Positions 18,222 through 27,249 of a stretch of DNA of 64,000 bases are shown piece after piece. Under the pieces are notes generated by a model. That model did not search any database, was not told where the DNA came from, and saw only the letters and a program-made list of their open reading frames with translations. Within the stretch, counting starts at the first letter, position 1. Every line of letters starts with the position of its first letter. The DNA comes from a virus: IMG/VR virus record IMGVR_UViG_3300044701_003563; one strand, given 5' to 3'. The position numbers and the translations under genes are program-made.

Positions 18222-19082
18222 TTATAACATGTCCTTATACTTGTTCGCAACATAGTGTACAAAACTATTTTGCAAAGCATGATGCCATTCATCAATATAT
18301 TTAACGTGAATTCCTTCCATTCCTGGAATTGGCCATTTTCCACCTCTAAGCCAAACTCTTTGAGAACTACCTGTGGTATCATCTTGTTCTGTCATTACCA
18401 AAACATTTGATCTATTGAATGTTTTAATTCGATTTGAATAATCAAATGATATAGAATCAAAGTATCTGGCAATTACTCTTTCAATATTAATTAATCGTTG
18501 AGTATATTTGAAATCATGCAGTATCTGTGGTGAGCAGACATAGTGCATGATATTTAATGCTTCCTCTGCAAATTTTGATGGGAACTGTTGAAATCTATCA
18601 GTAATTCCACCATAGGTTTCACCTTTCGGAACCCAATAATATTCATTATCAAGAATTGGTTGATCAAACAAATAAAAGTAATCAGATCGAGTCAGAATAA
18701 TACGATCATACTTCCGAATCGTATCCAAATGGTTATTTAAAAGATAATGCCTAAATGCAACTAAGATTGCACCAGAACCAAATCCCTTTGATTTGCCGAT
18801 TCCAGAAAACCCAATGTTATTTCCTTCATATTCACACCACTCATAAATCTCCCTCCAATTACCTTCAATTTCATTGTCCAAATAATACTGTTCCCAGTTA
18901 TCATATTTTGGAACTTCCCAAAGATATTTGGCCTTAGAATATAAGGATGAAGTTTTATCTTCCTGCTGCTCAAAACATAATGCAAGATGAGCTTTATATG
19001 GTTTAAGAAGATGATCATACATGCTCTTCCAAACCACCTCGTTTCCTCTCGGTGTGCCGATTAAAATAACAAGTGTTTTCAT
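18222..19082 (-). CDS. glycosyltransferase-like hypothetical protein
   Basis: MK..VIL.G..R N-terminus, YDRIILTRSD, GITDRF pattern seen in glycan-cluster proteins. Confidence 0.5.
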   Translation of the reverse strand: MKTLVILIGTPRGNEVVWKSMYDHLLKPYKAHLALCFEQQEDKTSSLYSKAKYLWEVPKYDNWEQYYLDNEIEGNWREIYEWCEYEGNNIGFSGIGKSKGFGSGAILVAFRHYLLNNHLDTIRKYDRIILTRSDYFYLFDQPILDNEYYWVPKGETYGGITDRFQQFPSKFAEEALNIMHYVCSPQILHDFKYTQRLINIERVIARYFDSISFDYSNRIKTFNRSNVLVMTEQDDTTGSSQRVWLRGGKWPIPGMEGIHVKYIDEWHHALQNSFVHYVANKYKDML

Positions 19083-20065
19083 AATTTATTGGCTATGCAG
19101 AAGTTATTCGACTTTACTTTAAATTTAAAGTCAGAATCATTTGACTTGAAGATCAAACCCTTTCTTTTTGTCAATGGTGACATTGAAGGACCATTTGCAT
19201 AATTAACCAGTTCTCTAATGTTTGATGCAACTTCAAACAGAGGCATAGAGTGTTTAAAAATGCCTACATGATCAAATTTACAATACTCTGCAAGGTCGGA
19301 AAATATCTGATATCTTTCTTTCGATGTAGAAAAAGCGGACTTTTCAATGTCGTAAATGTCGTGAATGTAGAACTTCCTTTCACCATACACTCGTTCATGA
19401 TTTGAGTAAATTCCTTCACCAACGATTGTTCCATGAATTGCATACTGATCACGATAGTTAATCATTGGATCAATCAGATTCAGTTGTCTTGCAAACTTCC
19501 AGAATGCATTATCTGTTGTTTCAGTAATATCATATTTCTCTGAGCACAAACCAAATCTTCCATTCTTAACATAAACAGTCATTTCAACTCCATCAAGTCT
19601 TGGAGTAATTTCAAATGATTCTGAATAATGATCAGTGAATATTGATTCCGCAATATCTTGAGCATATGAATACTCAATTTTTGGAATAAAAGATGGATAT
19701 GTTCGATAGTCTTTACATTCAAATTCTTCGGGAAGGTCTCTTTCCCAAATACGAACTTCCAAATTGTCGTTATATTTGTCTGCGTCTAAAACAATTCCCT
19801 CTGAAATATGTCCACCACGTTTCATGACAGTAAGATATCCACCCTTGACACCCTTATATTTCTGAGCATCAATAATTGGAAGTAATTCATCTGGAACCCA
19901 GGAACCAGAAGGAATGAAAGTAACCTTATCGTTGACGTTATAATTGCCCTTTTCAAAAACAACTTGCCATCCTTTATCAATAAAACCAATTACAAAATCG
20001 TTATTATCTTCGATTTCTTCGATCTGCGTAATTGTTCCGATTCTAGCTGTATTTTTGCGGTTCAT
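19079..20065 (-). CDS. DRB0094-family RNA ligase homologue with degenerate catalytic motifs
   Basis: N-terminal OB-like domain (GWQVV..KG...SEG), FIPK; motif I reads RLDG, motif III HGT, motif IV RKGLIFK, motif V FKVKS. Confidence 0.75.
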   Translation of the reverse strand: MNRKNTARIGTITQIEEIEDNNDFVIGFIDKGWQVVFEKGNYNVNDKVTFIPSGSWVPDELLPIIDAQKYKGVKGGYLTVMKRGGHISEGIVLDADKYNDNLEVRIWERDLPEEFECKDYRTYPSFIPKIEYSYAQDIAESIFTDHYSESFEITPRLDGVEMTVYVKNGRFGLCSEKYDITETTDNAFWKFARQLNLIDPMINYRDQYAIHGTIVGEGIYSNHERVYGERKFYIHDIYDIEKSAFSTSKERYQIFSDLAEYCKFDHVGIFKHSMPLFEVASNIRELVNYANGPSMSPLTKRKGLIFKSNDSDFKFKVKSNNFCIANKL

Positions 20066-20507
20066 TTTCTTCTATCATTAAAATGCCATCTAAATGATCG
20101 ATTTCGTGTTGTATCACACGAGCCGTCAATCCACTATACTCTTCAATATGTGGTTTTCCTTTACGATCCCTATATTTGACTTTGACTGTCTTTAATCTTT
20201 TTTTATGTATAAAGGTTTGGGGAAGACTCAGACATCCCTCTTCTCCCATTTCCCATTCATTTGGAGCAATTGCAATCTCTGGATTAATCATATGAATAAT
20301 TTTATTGCCATCTGATATGACAATGATTCTTTTTAAAAGACCAACTTGATTTCCAGAGATTCCAACTCCATTGTGTTGAAGCATCAACTCTTCCATTCTA
20401 ACACAGATTGTGCGAATGGTATCATCAATCTTATCGACTCTTCTTGCTTTGCGATGAAGAACCTTATCGTCTTCTGATCCTTCGATGATGAGCTTCATGA
20501 TGCTCAC
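20043..20507 (-). CDS. def: peptide deformylase
   Basis: GVGISGNQVG, EGCLS, QHEIDHLDG. Confidence 0.93.
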   Translation of the reverse strand: MSIMKLIIEGSEDDKVLHRKARRVDKIDDTIRTICVRMEELMLQHNGVGISGNQVGLLKRIIVISDGNKIIHMINPEIAIAPNEWEMGEEGCLSLPQTFIHKKRLKTVKVKYRDRKGKPHIEEYSGLTARVIQHEIDHLDGILMIEENEPQKYS

Positions 20508-20508
20508 C

Positions 20509-20862
20509 TCACATATCGACTTCCGTATCTCTTACGACAAATTCAGGTTTACTTTCATGCATCAGATCATATGCTGCCTTAAAACCTTTCCAACGTTCGT
20601 AGTTAGAAAGAAGTTCAGTACTTCCATACTGCTCAATGAATGCTTGTGCAGCAGGATCCATTTGATGTTCTGGTTCTTCTTCCAGATACAAATTACTAAC
20701 TTCTTCAAACAATTCAGCAACATCCGCATTTGAATATTGCTCTTTCATTTCTTCATTCATCATCGAGTAATATTGAAGTGCGTCGTAAAGAATGTTTAAT
20801 TGCTGTTCGTTTAGACGCAGAGAGATCTTGTAATTGGCCATTGTCATGATGGAATTCCTCAT
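20509..20862 (-). CDS. hypothetical protein
   Basis: ORF track. Confidence 0.6.
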   Translation of the reverse strand: MRNSIMTMANYKISLRLNEQQLNILYDALQYYSMMNEEMKEQYSNADVAELFEEVSNLYLEEEPEHQMDPAAQAFIEQYGSTELLSNYERWKGFKAAYDLMHESKPEFVVRDTEVDM

Positions 20863-20875
20863 ATTATTTAGAGTT

Positions 20876-21082
20876 TTATTTTTCTTTTGGTCGATTACAT
20901 ATTACATGGCATACATTGCAATACGTAGAATAACCATATTTAAACTTATTCACAGTTTGAAAGTGATCAGTGTTGAGTGGTTTAATTTCACCGCAACACT
21001 GACACTTGTATTCAGCGGGGACAGATTTGAATGTTTTTGCACCCCTGAGTTTTGATAACATTTTCCCAAAAAATTGCGTCAT
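20876..21082 (-). CDS. small Zn-finger-like protein (CQCC...KPL...F...C..C)
   Basis: CxxC pairs. Confidence 0.55.
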   Translation of the reverse strand: MTQFFGKMLSKLRGAKTFKSVPAEYKCQCCGEIKPLNTDHFQTVNKFKYGYSTYCNVCHVICNRPKEK

Positions 21083-21154
21083 CGATTTTTAAAAATGTAG
21101 CAGTTTGTTTTGCAAATCCTTTTTTCTTCGGTTGATCATAAACGACATCATACT

Positions 21155-21343
21155 TCATTTGTCACTCTCCTTAATTAGTTTAATGTTTTTCCATTCTGGA
21201 CGTTGAACGACAACCTTTACGTTTCGTACTGGTTCTTCAGGAAACTCTCTGATTAGAATTGATAATGAAGAATCACATATGAAAGAAATACGTCCAATCA
21301 GATTTTTATACTGAACTAATACTCCCTCTGAAAATTGTGCCAT
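21155..21343 (-). CDS. hypothetical cyanophage protein (SH3-like)
   Basis: ORF track. Confidence 0.6.
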   Translation of the reverse strand: MAQFSEGVLVQYKNLIGRISFICDSSLSILIREFPEEPVRNVKVVVQRPEWKNIKLIKESDK

Positions 21344-21344
21344 A

Positions 21345-22037
21345 CTAAAAAAACTTCTTTAGAATTCTTTTGTTCACATCATAGAGAGCAAGAAAAACGT
21401 ATTCTCCTTCATCACCGCATTCTCCATCAAGAATCAAACAGTGATCACGATCTACAACAACATGATAATGTCCTGCAACCATTCGATAATCATGTCTACG
21501 GGGACTATCCCACCATGAGATTCTCCCACTGGAATCTACGGGACCATAGATCATCACATTTTTTAACTTAGTATTGATCGAATCATATTCGACCAAATGA
21601 AAGTCTTCGTATTCAGGAACTTCAATTCTGGAAGAGAAGTACGCATGAGCACACCGATACTCTTCTCCATTCTTATCACGAAACGCGATTCCATACGGAC
21701 GAGTTTCCAACCATTCCTTCAAAACTTCAGAATCTACAGAAGAATTTTCAAATTCTTCAACAGTTCTTTCAAGTCCATGATTCAGAACAACTTTGTTTCC
21801 TTTCAGGTGACGAATCAGTTTGTTCTGATGATTTGACTGCAATACAATTGCACCCAGTGCTTGCTCTGCTTCTCTCACAAGAGAATAAACTTCCACACTC
21901 TCACTCACAAAACACCGACTATCGAACAAATCTCCGAGAAGTATCGGTGTAAGTTCGTGATCACGGCAATAGAGAAGTGCCTGTGAAAGTCTTCCGTAAT
22001 GGGAATGTACATCCCCAATTAACGCATAATTCCTCAC
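21345..22037 (-). CDS. calcineurin-like metallophosphoesterase (Pnkp-phosphatase/ApaH-like)
   Basis: GDVH, GDLFD, SNH, HA, GH motifs. Confidence 0.85.
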   Translation of the reverse strand: MRNYALIGDVHSHYGRLSQALLYCRDHELTPILLGDLFDSRCFVSESVEVYSLVREAEQALGAIVLQSNHQNKLIRHLKGNKVVLNHGLERTVEEFENSSVDSEVLKEWLETRPYGIAFRDKNGEEYRCAHAYFSSRIEVPEYEDFHLVEYDSINTKLKNVMIYGPVDSSGRISWWDSPRRHDYRMVAGHYHVVVDRDHCLILDGECGDEGEYVFLALYDVNKRILKKFF

Positions 22038-22318
22038 AATTTGTCTACCTCTTCAATAAGTTTTTCTACATCAGATTCGGACAGAAAGCCAATGACCTTC
22101 TTCTCAAACCCTGTGATGTGAGTATCATAGCACATTTCCCCGTGCTTGAGCAATGCTGCCTCGTAGAACCCCTCCTCTGCCCCATGAGAGTTCCCCTGAA
22201 CCTCATCGAAGATTTGGACTACACTGAGTTGATACCCACGCCCACATTGGATTTTTGCGGTCTTTCCGTATGCTCCGTTTACGTTATAGGGACGAAAGGG
22301 AATGTCTGAGAATTTCAT
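22034..22318 (-). CDS. conserved phage hypothetical protein (GY.LSVV...S.G...G.YE.A...V.G.L)
   Basis: Motif pattern. Confidence 0.7.
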   Translation of the reverse strand: MKFSDIPFRPYNVNGAYGKTAKIQCGRGYQLSVVQIFDEVQGNSHGAEEGFYEAALLKHGEMCYDTHITGFEKKVIGFLSESDVEKLIEEVDKL

Positions 22319-22551
22319 TGGTTCTTATGTATCTTATGTAATTAGGCGTTTTACGCCACTCTATCAGAGGAAAACTATGCGTTAATCCAATGTATGTTGC
22401 CTATCTTGGAGTTTCTCCATATAATAATAAATCGAAGCATCGTTGTAAAATGCATAAAACCTCTGAGGATTTTTTGCTTTCATTTCAATAAGAAGATTCA
22501 ACCAGTCCCAATCGCAATCAACTCCCCAACCATAATATGCATCATTCATGA

Positions 22552-22692
22552 TTAAAATACTGCGGTAACTCCAACAACTTTTGCTTTGGGATTGCGAGCA
22601 AGAGCAGTTTCCCTTGCGTCTTGATAATTTGCTGCTTCTACAATTTCTTCAAATACTTTACCAGCAACGTAAAGTTTAACTTTGCATTTCAT
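22552..22692 (-). CDS. conserved small cyanophage protein (MKCKV.LYVAG...ALARNP.A)
   Basis: Probable start MKCKVK. Confidence 0.7.
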   Translation of the reverse strand: MKCKVKLYVAGKVFEEIVEAANYQDARETALARNPKAKVVGVTAVF

Positions 22693-23176
22693 GTTGTTCT
22701 CCAAATTGAATAACTTTATCAAATCCCTCGTCTTCAGTGGGAGGGACAAAAACGGAGTGCATTTGAATTAGCACTCGTTGTGGAACGACCTTTCCAGTTC
22801 TCTTTCTATTGCGTTTCATTGCCTCTTCAAGAGAAATATTGCTGTAGACAGCAACTTTAGTGTAATGCTCTGGAATCTTTTTGAGTTTCTTTTGCCTTAC
22901 CTTTGGAGTCAGATTGGTCTGGTCCCAAACAATACTCATGTTATTTTGAACGGCAAACTCAAGAAGTTTATTCATTTCTTCAGTTGCTTCTTTGATTGTA
23001 CGATCAAAGATTTCATTGTAAGTTGTTCCTTCTTTCTTTGCTTTTTCTTCAATGTAGTTATCAGTGGAGAGAAAAGTGTATCCAGTATTGAAAAAATCAG
23101 TATAATCCAAACCTTGTTGTATATACGTTGATTTTCCAGATGCTGGAATCCCACACATCATTACAAGATTAGGCAT
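22676..23176 (-). CDS. AAA_33 / polynucleotide kinase-type P-loop kinase
   Basis: GIPASGKST, LSTD, VWDQTN, RN..R...VP. Confidence 0.85.
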   Translation of the reverse strand: MPNLVMMCGIPASGKSTYIQQGLDYTDFFNTGYTFLSTDNYIEEKAKKEGTTYNEIFDRTIKEATEEMNKLLEFAVQNNMSIVWDQTNLTPKVRQKKLKKIPEHYTKVAVYSNISLEEAMKRNRKRTGKVVPQRVLIQMHSVFVPPTEDEGFDKVIQFGEQHEMQS

Positions 23177-23645
23177 ACATGTACTCTCTCCATTCTTCGA
23201 TATTACTGTAATTCAATGCCAGTGTGACTTTGTTATAAGGTGCCTTGGGAATGCGTTGAAGTTTCATTCCAGTTTGTTCCAGGTATCTATCACCTTTCTT
23301 AGTGTTGCAAGTAGAACATGCAACCACAAGGTTTTCCCATGTATCCTTGCCACCTTTAGATTTTGGCAGAACATGATCAATCGTAAGACCCTTTGTGGAT
23401 CCACAGTATTGGCATTTATGATTGTCTCTACGATAGATCATATCCCGTGAAGGACGAATGTTTCTAAATTGATCGACAGGAATCTTGATGTAATTAACGA
23501 GACGAATTACTCTTGCAGAAAGAACTTGTGCCTTTTCCTTCAAGACAAGGACAATTGCACGTTTCCAATTTGTGAGATTGATTGGTTCATAAGATGCATT
23601 GAGCACAAGAACCTGACTTCTTGGGGAAATGTGGTAGTGTTGCAT
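23169..23645 (-). CDS. HNH endonuclease (bacterial VLVLNASYEP type)
   Basis: RD...CQYCG...TIDHVLP.SKGG..TWENLV.AC..CN..K. Confidence 0.9.
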   Translation of the reverse strand: MQHYHISPRSQVLVLNASYEPINLTNWKRAIVLVLKEKAQVLSARVIRLVNYIKIPVDQFRNIRPSRDMIYRRDNHKCQYCGSTKGLTIDHVLPKSKGGKDTWENLVVACSTCNTKKGDRYLEQTGMKLQRIPKAPYNKVTLALNYSNIEEWREYMYA

Positions 23646-23646
23646 T

Positions 23647-24831
23647 TTACTCTCCTGCGGTTGCGTTAGAATAGTTCCAATCGAGGTTCCCCCACAGCCA
23701 CCGATTGTCGTTAAGTTTTGCTTGTGAAGTAAGGGATTTGCGAATCATTTCTTTAATGACTTCTATGGTAGGTCGTCCACCTCGGATTGCATACATGATA
23801 GGAGCATGGAATGGAAGAATCATCTTCTGAACAAAGTTCACTGCAAATTCTTTTTTATCTGGATACATGGTATTTCCAGCATTGTAAAGATCATTCATGT
23901 CCATTGCGGTGTGTTCCACAGAGTCCCAGAATGCTTTCTGGAAGTTCTTTAGTCGTTCAGCATCCTCTTTAGTTAAGAGGGGAATCATATCATCCACAGC
24001 ATCGTCCAGGACTACCTGAATGACATTTTTTTCCTGGTTGATGGATTCCTTGGACTTGTGACGCAGAATATAATCATCTGCTTTGACCTTGATCATATGA
24101 CCAGTATCAAACCGAAGAACGATACCCTCGTTGTCTTCCCACTCACGAACCTGTTTCACAAATAGTTCAATGTTCTGGACAGAAAGACCATCCACTGCTT
24201 TGACTACAGGAATGCCGTAGTTTTTACCAGTTTCAACAATCAGTGGATAATTGACATAAGTTCCACTTAGAGTGTCCCTAACAGCAGTGAGAATCAATTG
24301 ATCCTCGGGATAGTCAATCACAATACGATTTTTACGAGAGCACCACTCAAAAATAGGAGTCAACCCACAAGCAATAGAAGAACGAATAAACTCAGTGTAT
24401 TCAGGTTTATCAGCAATGAATTCTTCTGCCTGCTGAGCAATATCAGTAACTCCAGCTTTGGTTGCAAGAACAAATCCATCAGCAGTTGGAATCGGACGGA
24501 TCATACTACCATCCAGTTTCTCCAGAACCACATGAGGTTCATACAGATTGATCTTATTCAACTGGGTTTCTTCTTTCTCGCCAGCATTGAAGAACTTATG
24601 GTATGGACGGGAAATCAGTTTCCCTTCCTTGTTAAAGATCAAACCACGACATTCCCGACGAATTGAAGATGCATGAGGATCTTCTAAATCCCATGCAAAA
24701 GTTTCTTCAAATGCAACAGCATAATTGATAACGGTGTAATCGCCCTTAGCCATCACACGGATTTCATCGTATCCATTGATATCATCAAGGACATCTTCGA
24801 TGGTTTCAATTTGGGGGAAATCGTAGTTCAT
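23647..24831 (-). CDS. rnlA: T4 Rnl1-family RNA ligase
   Basis: RECRGLIF, RPYHKFFN, motif I EKLDGS, FEW, RIV, EGIV, KVK. Confidence 0.9.
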   Translation of the reverse strand: MNYDFPQIETIEDVLDDINGYDEIRVMAKGDYTVINYAVAFEETFAWDLEDPHASSIRRECRGLIFNKEGKLISRPYHKFFNAGEKEETQLNKINLYEPHVVLEKLDGSMIRPIPTADGFVLATKAGVTDIAQQAEEFIADKPEYTEFIRSSIACGLTPIFEWCSRKNRIVIDYPEDQLILTAVRDTLSGTYVNYPLIVETGKNYGIPVVKAVDGLSVQNIELFVKQVREWEDNEGIVLRFDTGHMIKVKADDYILRHKSKESINQEKNVIQVVLDDAVDDMIPLLTKEDAERLKNFQKAFWDSVEHTAMDMNDLYNAGNTMYPDKKEFAVNFVQKMILPFHAPIMYAIRGGRPTIEVIKEMIRKSLTSQAKLNDNRWLWGNLDWNYSNATAGE

Positions 24832-24851
24832 TAGTCCTCTTGTTCAAACCT

Positions 24852-24910
24852 ATTATAAAACCCCCTTAACCATTGGTCAAGGGGGCAGTGGTCAGTTTTT
24901 GGATTGTCCT
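24852..24910 (-). promoter_or_regulatory. sigma70 early promoter TTGACC-17-TATAAT in a hairpin, with dyad element
   Basis: aactgaccac-tgccccc-TTGACC-aatggttaagggggttt-TATAAT. Confidence 0.8.
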
Positions 24911-25266
24911 TTCCGTATTTTATTTCTTGCAAACTTCAGTAATTTTCCACCAGCCTTTGCACCAGCATTAAACATAGATGCACCTTGTCTAACTGTTTTT
25001 TTACTTATTGCCCTTTCTCTTTCTCTTACAGCATCCAAATGTTCTTTATCAGATTCATACTCAGATTTCTGTGCTTGAGATTTTCTTTTTATTTCACTCA
25101 TTTTTCTTTTCATTCGTGAAGTAAAATTTCCAGAAGATTTAGATTTTTTTAAGGCAGCATCTCTTCTGGCAGATAACTTTTGGGCAGAAGCAGTTGCCCT
25201 CTCATATGCTTCTTTATCTTTAGCATAAGATTGAACATCTTCATTAAATTGTTGCCAGGTTTTCAT
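24892..25266 (-). CDS. basic putative internal head protein with CTS-like N-terminus (MKTWQQFNE)
   Basis: Near match to T4 CTS MKTYQEFIAE; late promoter ATAAATA at 25285-25291. Confidence 0.6.
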   Translation of the reverse strand: MKTWQQFNEDVQSYAKDKEAYERATASAQKLSARRDAALKKSKSSGNFTSRMKRKMSEIKRKSQAQKSEYESDKEHLDAVRERERAISKKTVRQGASMFNAGAKAGGKLLKFARNKIRKGQSKN

Positions 25267-25292
25267 TGCTTTTCTTCTTTTTTTTATTTATT

Positions 25293-25318
25293 AAAAAAGG
25301 GAGGAATAACCTCCCTTT
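25293..25318 (-). terminator. rho-independent terminator followed by late promoter
   Basis: AAAGGGAGG-TTATT-CCTCCCTTT plus T-run. Confidence 0.75.
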
Positions 25319-25320
25319 AA

Positions 25321-25509
25321 TTAAATTACTTGAAGAAATGCCCAATGTTTAGTTTTAGTATCAAAGTCAAGAAAAGGATCTTGATCATCAAGAACAAACT
25401 CAGAAAACAGAGCACTTGCATCTTCAATTCTATTTTGCTCATGAAGTTCTGTCATTCTCTGGCACCAGAAAGCTTCAAGGTTCAGAATAAGTTGTTCTTG
25501 TTCAGTCAT
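25321..25509 (-). CDS. hypothetical cyanophage protein
   Basis: ORF track. Confidence 0.6.
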   Translation of the reverse strand: MTEQEQLILNLEAFWCQRMTELHEQNRIEDASALFSEFVLDDQDPFLDFDTKTKHWAFLQVI

Positions 25510-25648
25510 AGATCATCCATCCTATTCATAGTTTGATAAAGAAGTTCAATTTCTTCTTGAAGTTCTTTGATTTTATTTTCAAGAACTTCAACTCGTTTTT
25601 GTTGAAGTTCTTTTAGTTCAAAAATTTTAGAGTCGTGAGGGGTAAACA

Positions 25649-25882
25649 TCAGGTGGTAAAAGATTCAACAACTTGAGATTCAACTTCTTCAGCAAGAGCA
25701 AAAACCCTTGCATTCAAGATTCGATCACGAAGATTTGGATAATAATCAACATTGAACTCTTGATCAGCTTCAACGATCAAATCATAACATTCCTCATCAT
25801 TTTCTGCAACTACGTTCCAAATTCCACCATATTCGGAAGTTGGGAAAGGACAGAAGTGATCGACAATGTACAGGTTTTTCAT
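25649..25882 (-). CDS. conserved cyanophage protein (PFP.SEYGG.W.V.A)
   Basis: Motif; promoter TTGACA-17-TAAACT upstream. Confidence 0.7.
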   Translation of the reverse strand: MKNLYIVDHFCPFPTSEYGGIWNVVAENDEECYDLIVEADQEFNVDYYPNLRDRILNARVFALAEEVESQVVESFTT

Positions 25883-25905
25883 CTTTGTTTTTAAACGACT
25901 CCTAA

Positions 25906-25962
25906 AGTTTACTTGGTAGTTGTGGTTTTGTCAAGGGATTGTGCCACTTCAAAAGGTGGCAC
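25906..25962 (-). promoter_or_regulatory. early promoter TTGACA-17-TAAACT with near-perfect dyad GTGCCAC-N8-GTGGCAC
   Basis: Plus strand 25941-25962 gtgccacttcaaaaggtggcac. Confidence 0.75.
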
Positions 25963-26094
25963 ATTGTCTACATATGACAGAGATTTGACAAACAATGAAG
26001 TAAAAAGTTCCATTTTTTCTGGATGAACACTCGCAGGATTATCATTGATTGCATTGCGAAGTGCGTTAAGTTCGTTCCATTCTTGTTCTGTCAT
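25909..26094 (-). CDS. hypothetical cyanophage protein
   Basis: ORF track. Confidence 0.6.
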   Translation of the reverse strand: MTEQEWNELNALRNAINDNPASVHPEKMELFTSLFVKSLSYVDNVPPFEVAQSLDKTTTTK

Positions 26095-26189
26095 GCTCTT
26101 TGTTTGAATTGCCTTACTATATTATCAGGAAATCCTGACAAACTTTGATTTTTTAATTATTTTTTTATGTTTATGTTACAAATTGTAAC

Positions 26190-26438
26190 TTATGATCCAA
26201 AAGTGAAGAATGACTTGCCACTTGGACCTTCATCATTATCATCTTTCATAGATTTAATTTTCGATTCCATCATATCAAAAAGATTATCAATTGAAATCAA
26301 ATGATCAATTGCCGCGATCATTTCAGCAATTTGTTTGTTTACGAAAGGTTTTTCATTTCTTGCAGAAAACGCAAGGGCATTCCTAAGATGAGATTCTGCA
26401 TCCCTCAAACTTTCTTCAACTTGTTTTGACAGAGCCAT
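26190..26438 (-). CDS. conserved cyanophage protein (LRNALAF.AR.E.P)
   Basis: AAGGAG SD; motif. Confidence 0.7.
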   Translation of the reverse strand: MALSKQVEESLRDAESHLRNALAFSARNEKPFVNKQIAEMIAAIDHLISIDNLFDMMESKIKSMKDDNDEGPSGKSFFTFGS

Positions 26439-26492
26439 GTGTTTCTCCTTTTTTATTATTTTATAACGAAAGAACAGATAAGTAAAGTTCGG

Positions 26493-26702
26493 TTAACCCT
26501 CTGTAATGTAAACAACCTTTTCTTTAGGTTTAATAATCTGTTTGCGAACAAATTTTGTAGCAGATTCTAAAGAATGAAATTTAATTTGCCTGGGAGGAAA
26601 ATCAAAATCAAAAAAATCCATCCACATAAAAAACCTTTGATATTGTGGAATAAAGACTACTTCCCCGTTAAGATCGGCCTTTTCTAAAACTCGGTATCTC
26701 AT
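26493..26702 (-). CDS. hypothetical protein
   Basis: ORF track. Confidence 0.55.
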   Translation of the reverse strand: MRYRVLEKADLNGEVVFIPQYQRFFMWMDFFDFDFPPRQIKFHSLESATKFVRKQIIKPKEKVVYITEG

Positions 26703-26894
26703 TTGATTACCTTAGATGGTGGATTAGAATAATCAACATCATTCCAGTGCCTAATGACACCAGCAATGATAAAGCAGTTTGTAATCAGATAGGTTGCAAA
26801 GATAATAGTTCTAATCAATGCAACTTTATCAGATTCTTTATTACATTTTGATGCTTTTTGCCCTAAAGATTTTGCCCAAAGTCCCCAAAGAGAT

Positions 26895-27149
26895 TTATTC
26901 CTCTTCATTGTTTCTGGGTTCTGTTGATTCAATTTTATACTCCTTTTTATTAAGTTTAGCCCTTTCAATGTATTTTTTCATGTGCTCTTCGCACTGAAAG
27001 TAACATACCTTTTTATCATCTTTAAGATGCTTTAAAGTATAAGGAAAAACCTCATGAAAAGGTTCGGAGAAAATAATATCTTCTCCTAACTTTTTAATAG
27101 GACTAATTACTTTGGTTTTCAGTTTCGTTGCTTTCTTTCGTCGTTGCAT
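26895..27149 (-). CDS. hypothetical cyanophage protein (K.CYFQCEEHM.KY..R)
   Basis: ORF track. Confidence 0.6.
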   Translation of the reverse strand: MQRRKKATKLKTKVISPIKKLGEDIIFSEPFHEVFPYTLKHLKDDKKVCYFQCEEHMKKYIERAKLNKKEYKIESTEPRNNEEE

Positions 27150-27249
27150 GGATTGCTTTAATCAATTTGGAAGCAGCAGGGGTTTCCTCCCACTCCCATA
27201 TTGTACCATCCTTTTGGGTGTATGTGCGAGTAGTCATAAGTAATTTTAA

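Noticed and set aside
23169-23645. HNH as an intron-encoded or homing endonuclease
   Set aside because: It abuts or overlaps intact flanking genes with no room for an intron and has no NUMOD/AP2-type domain.
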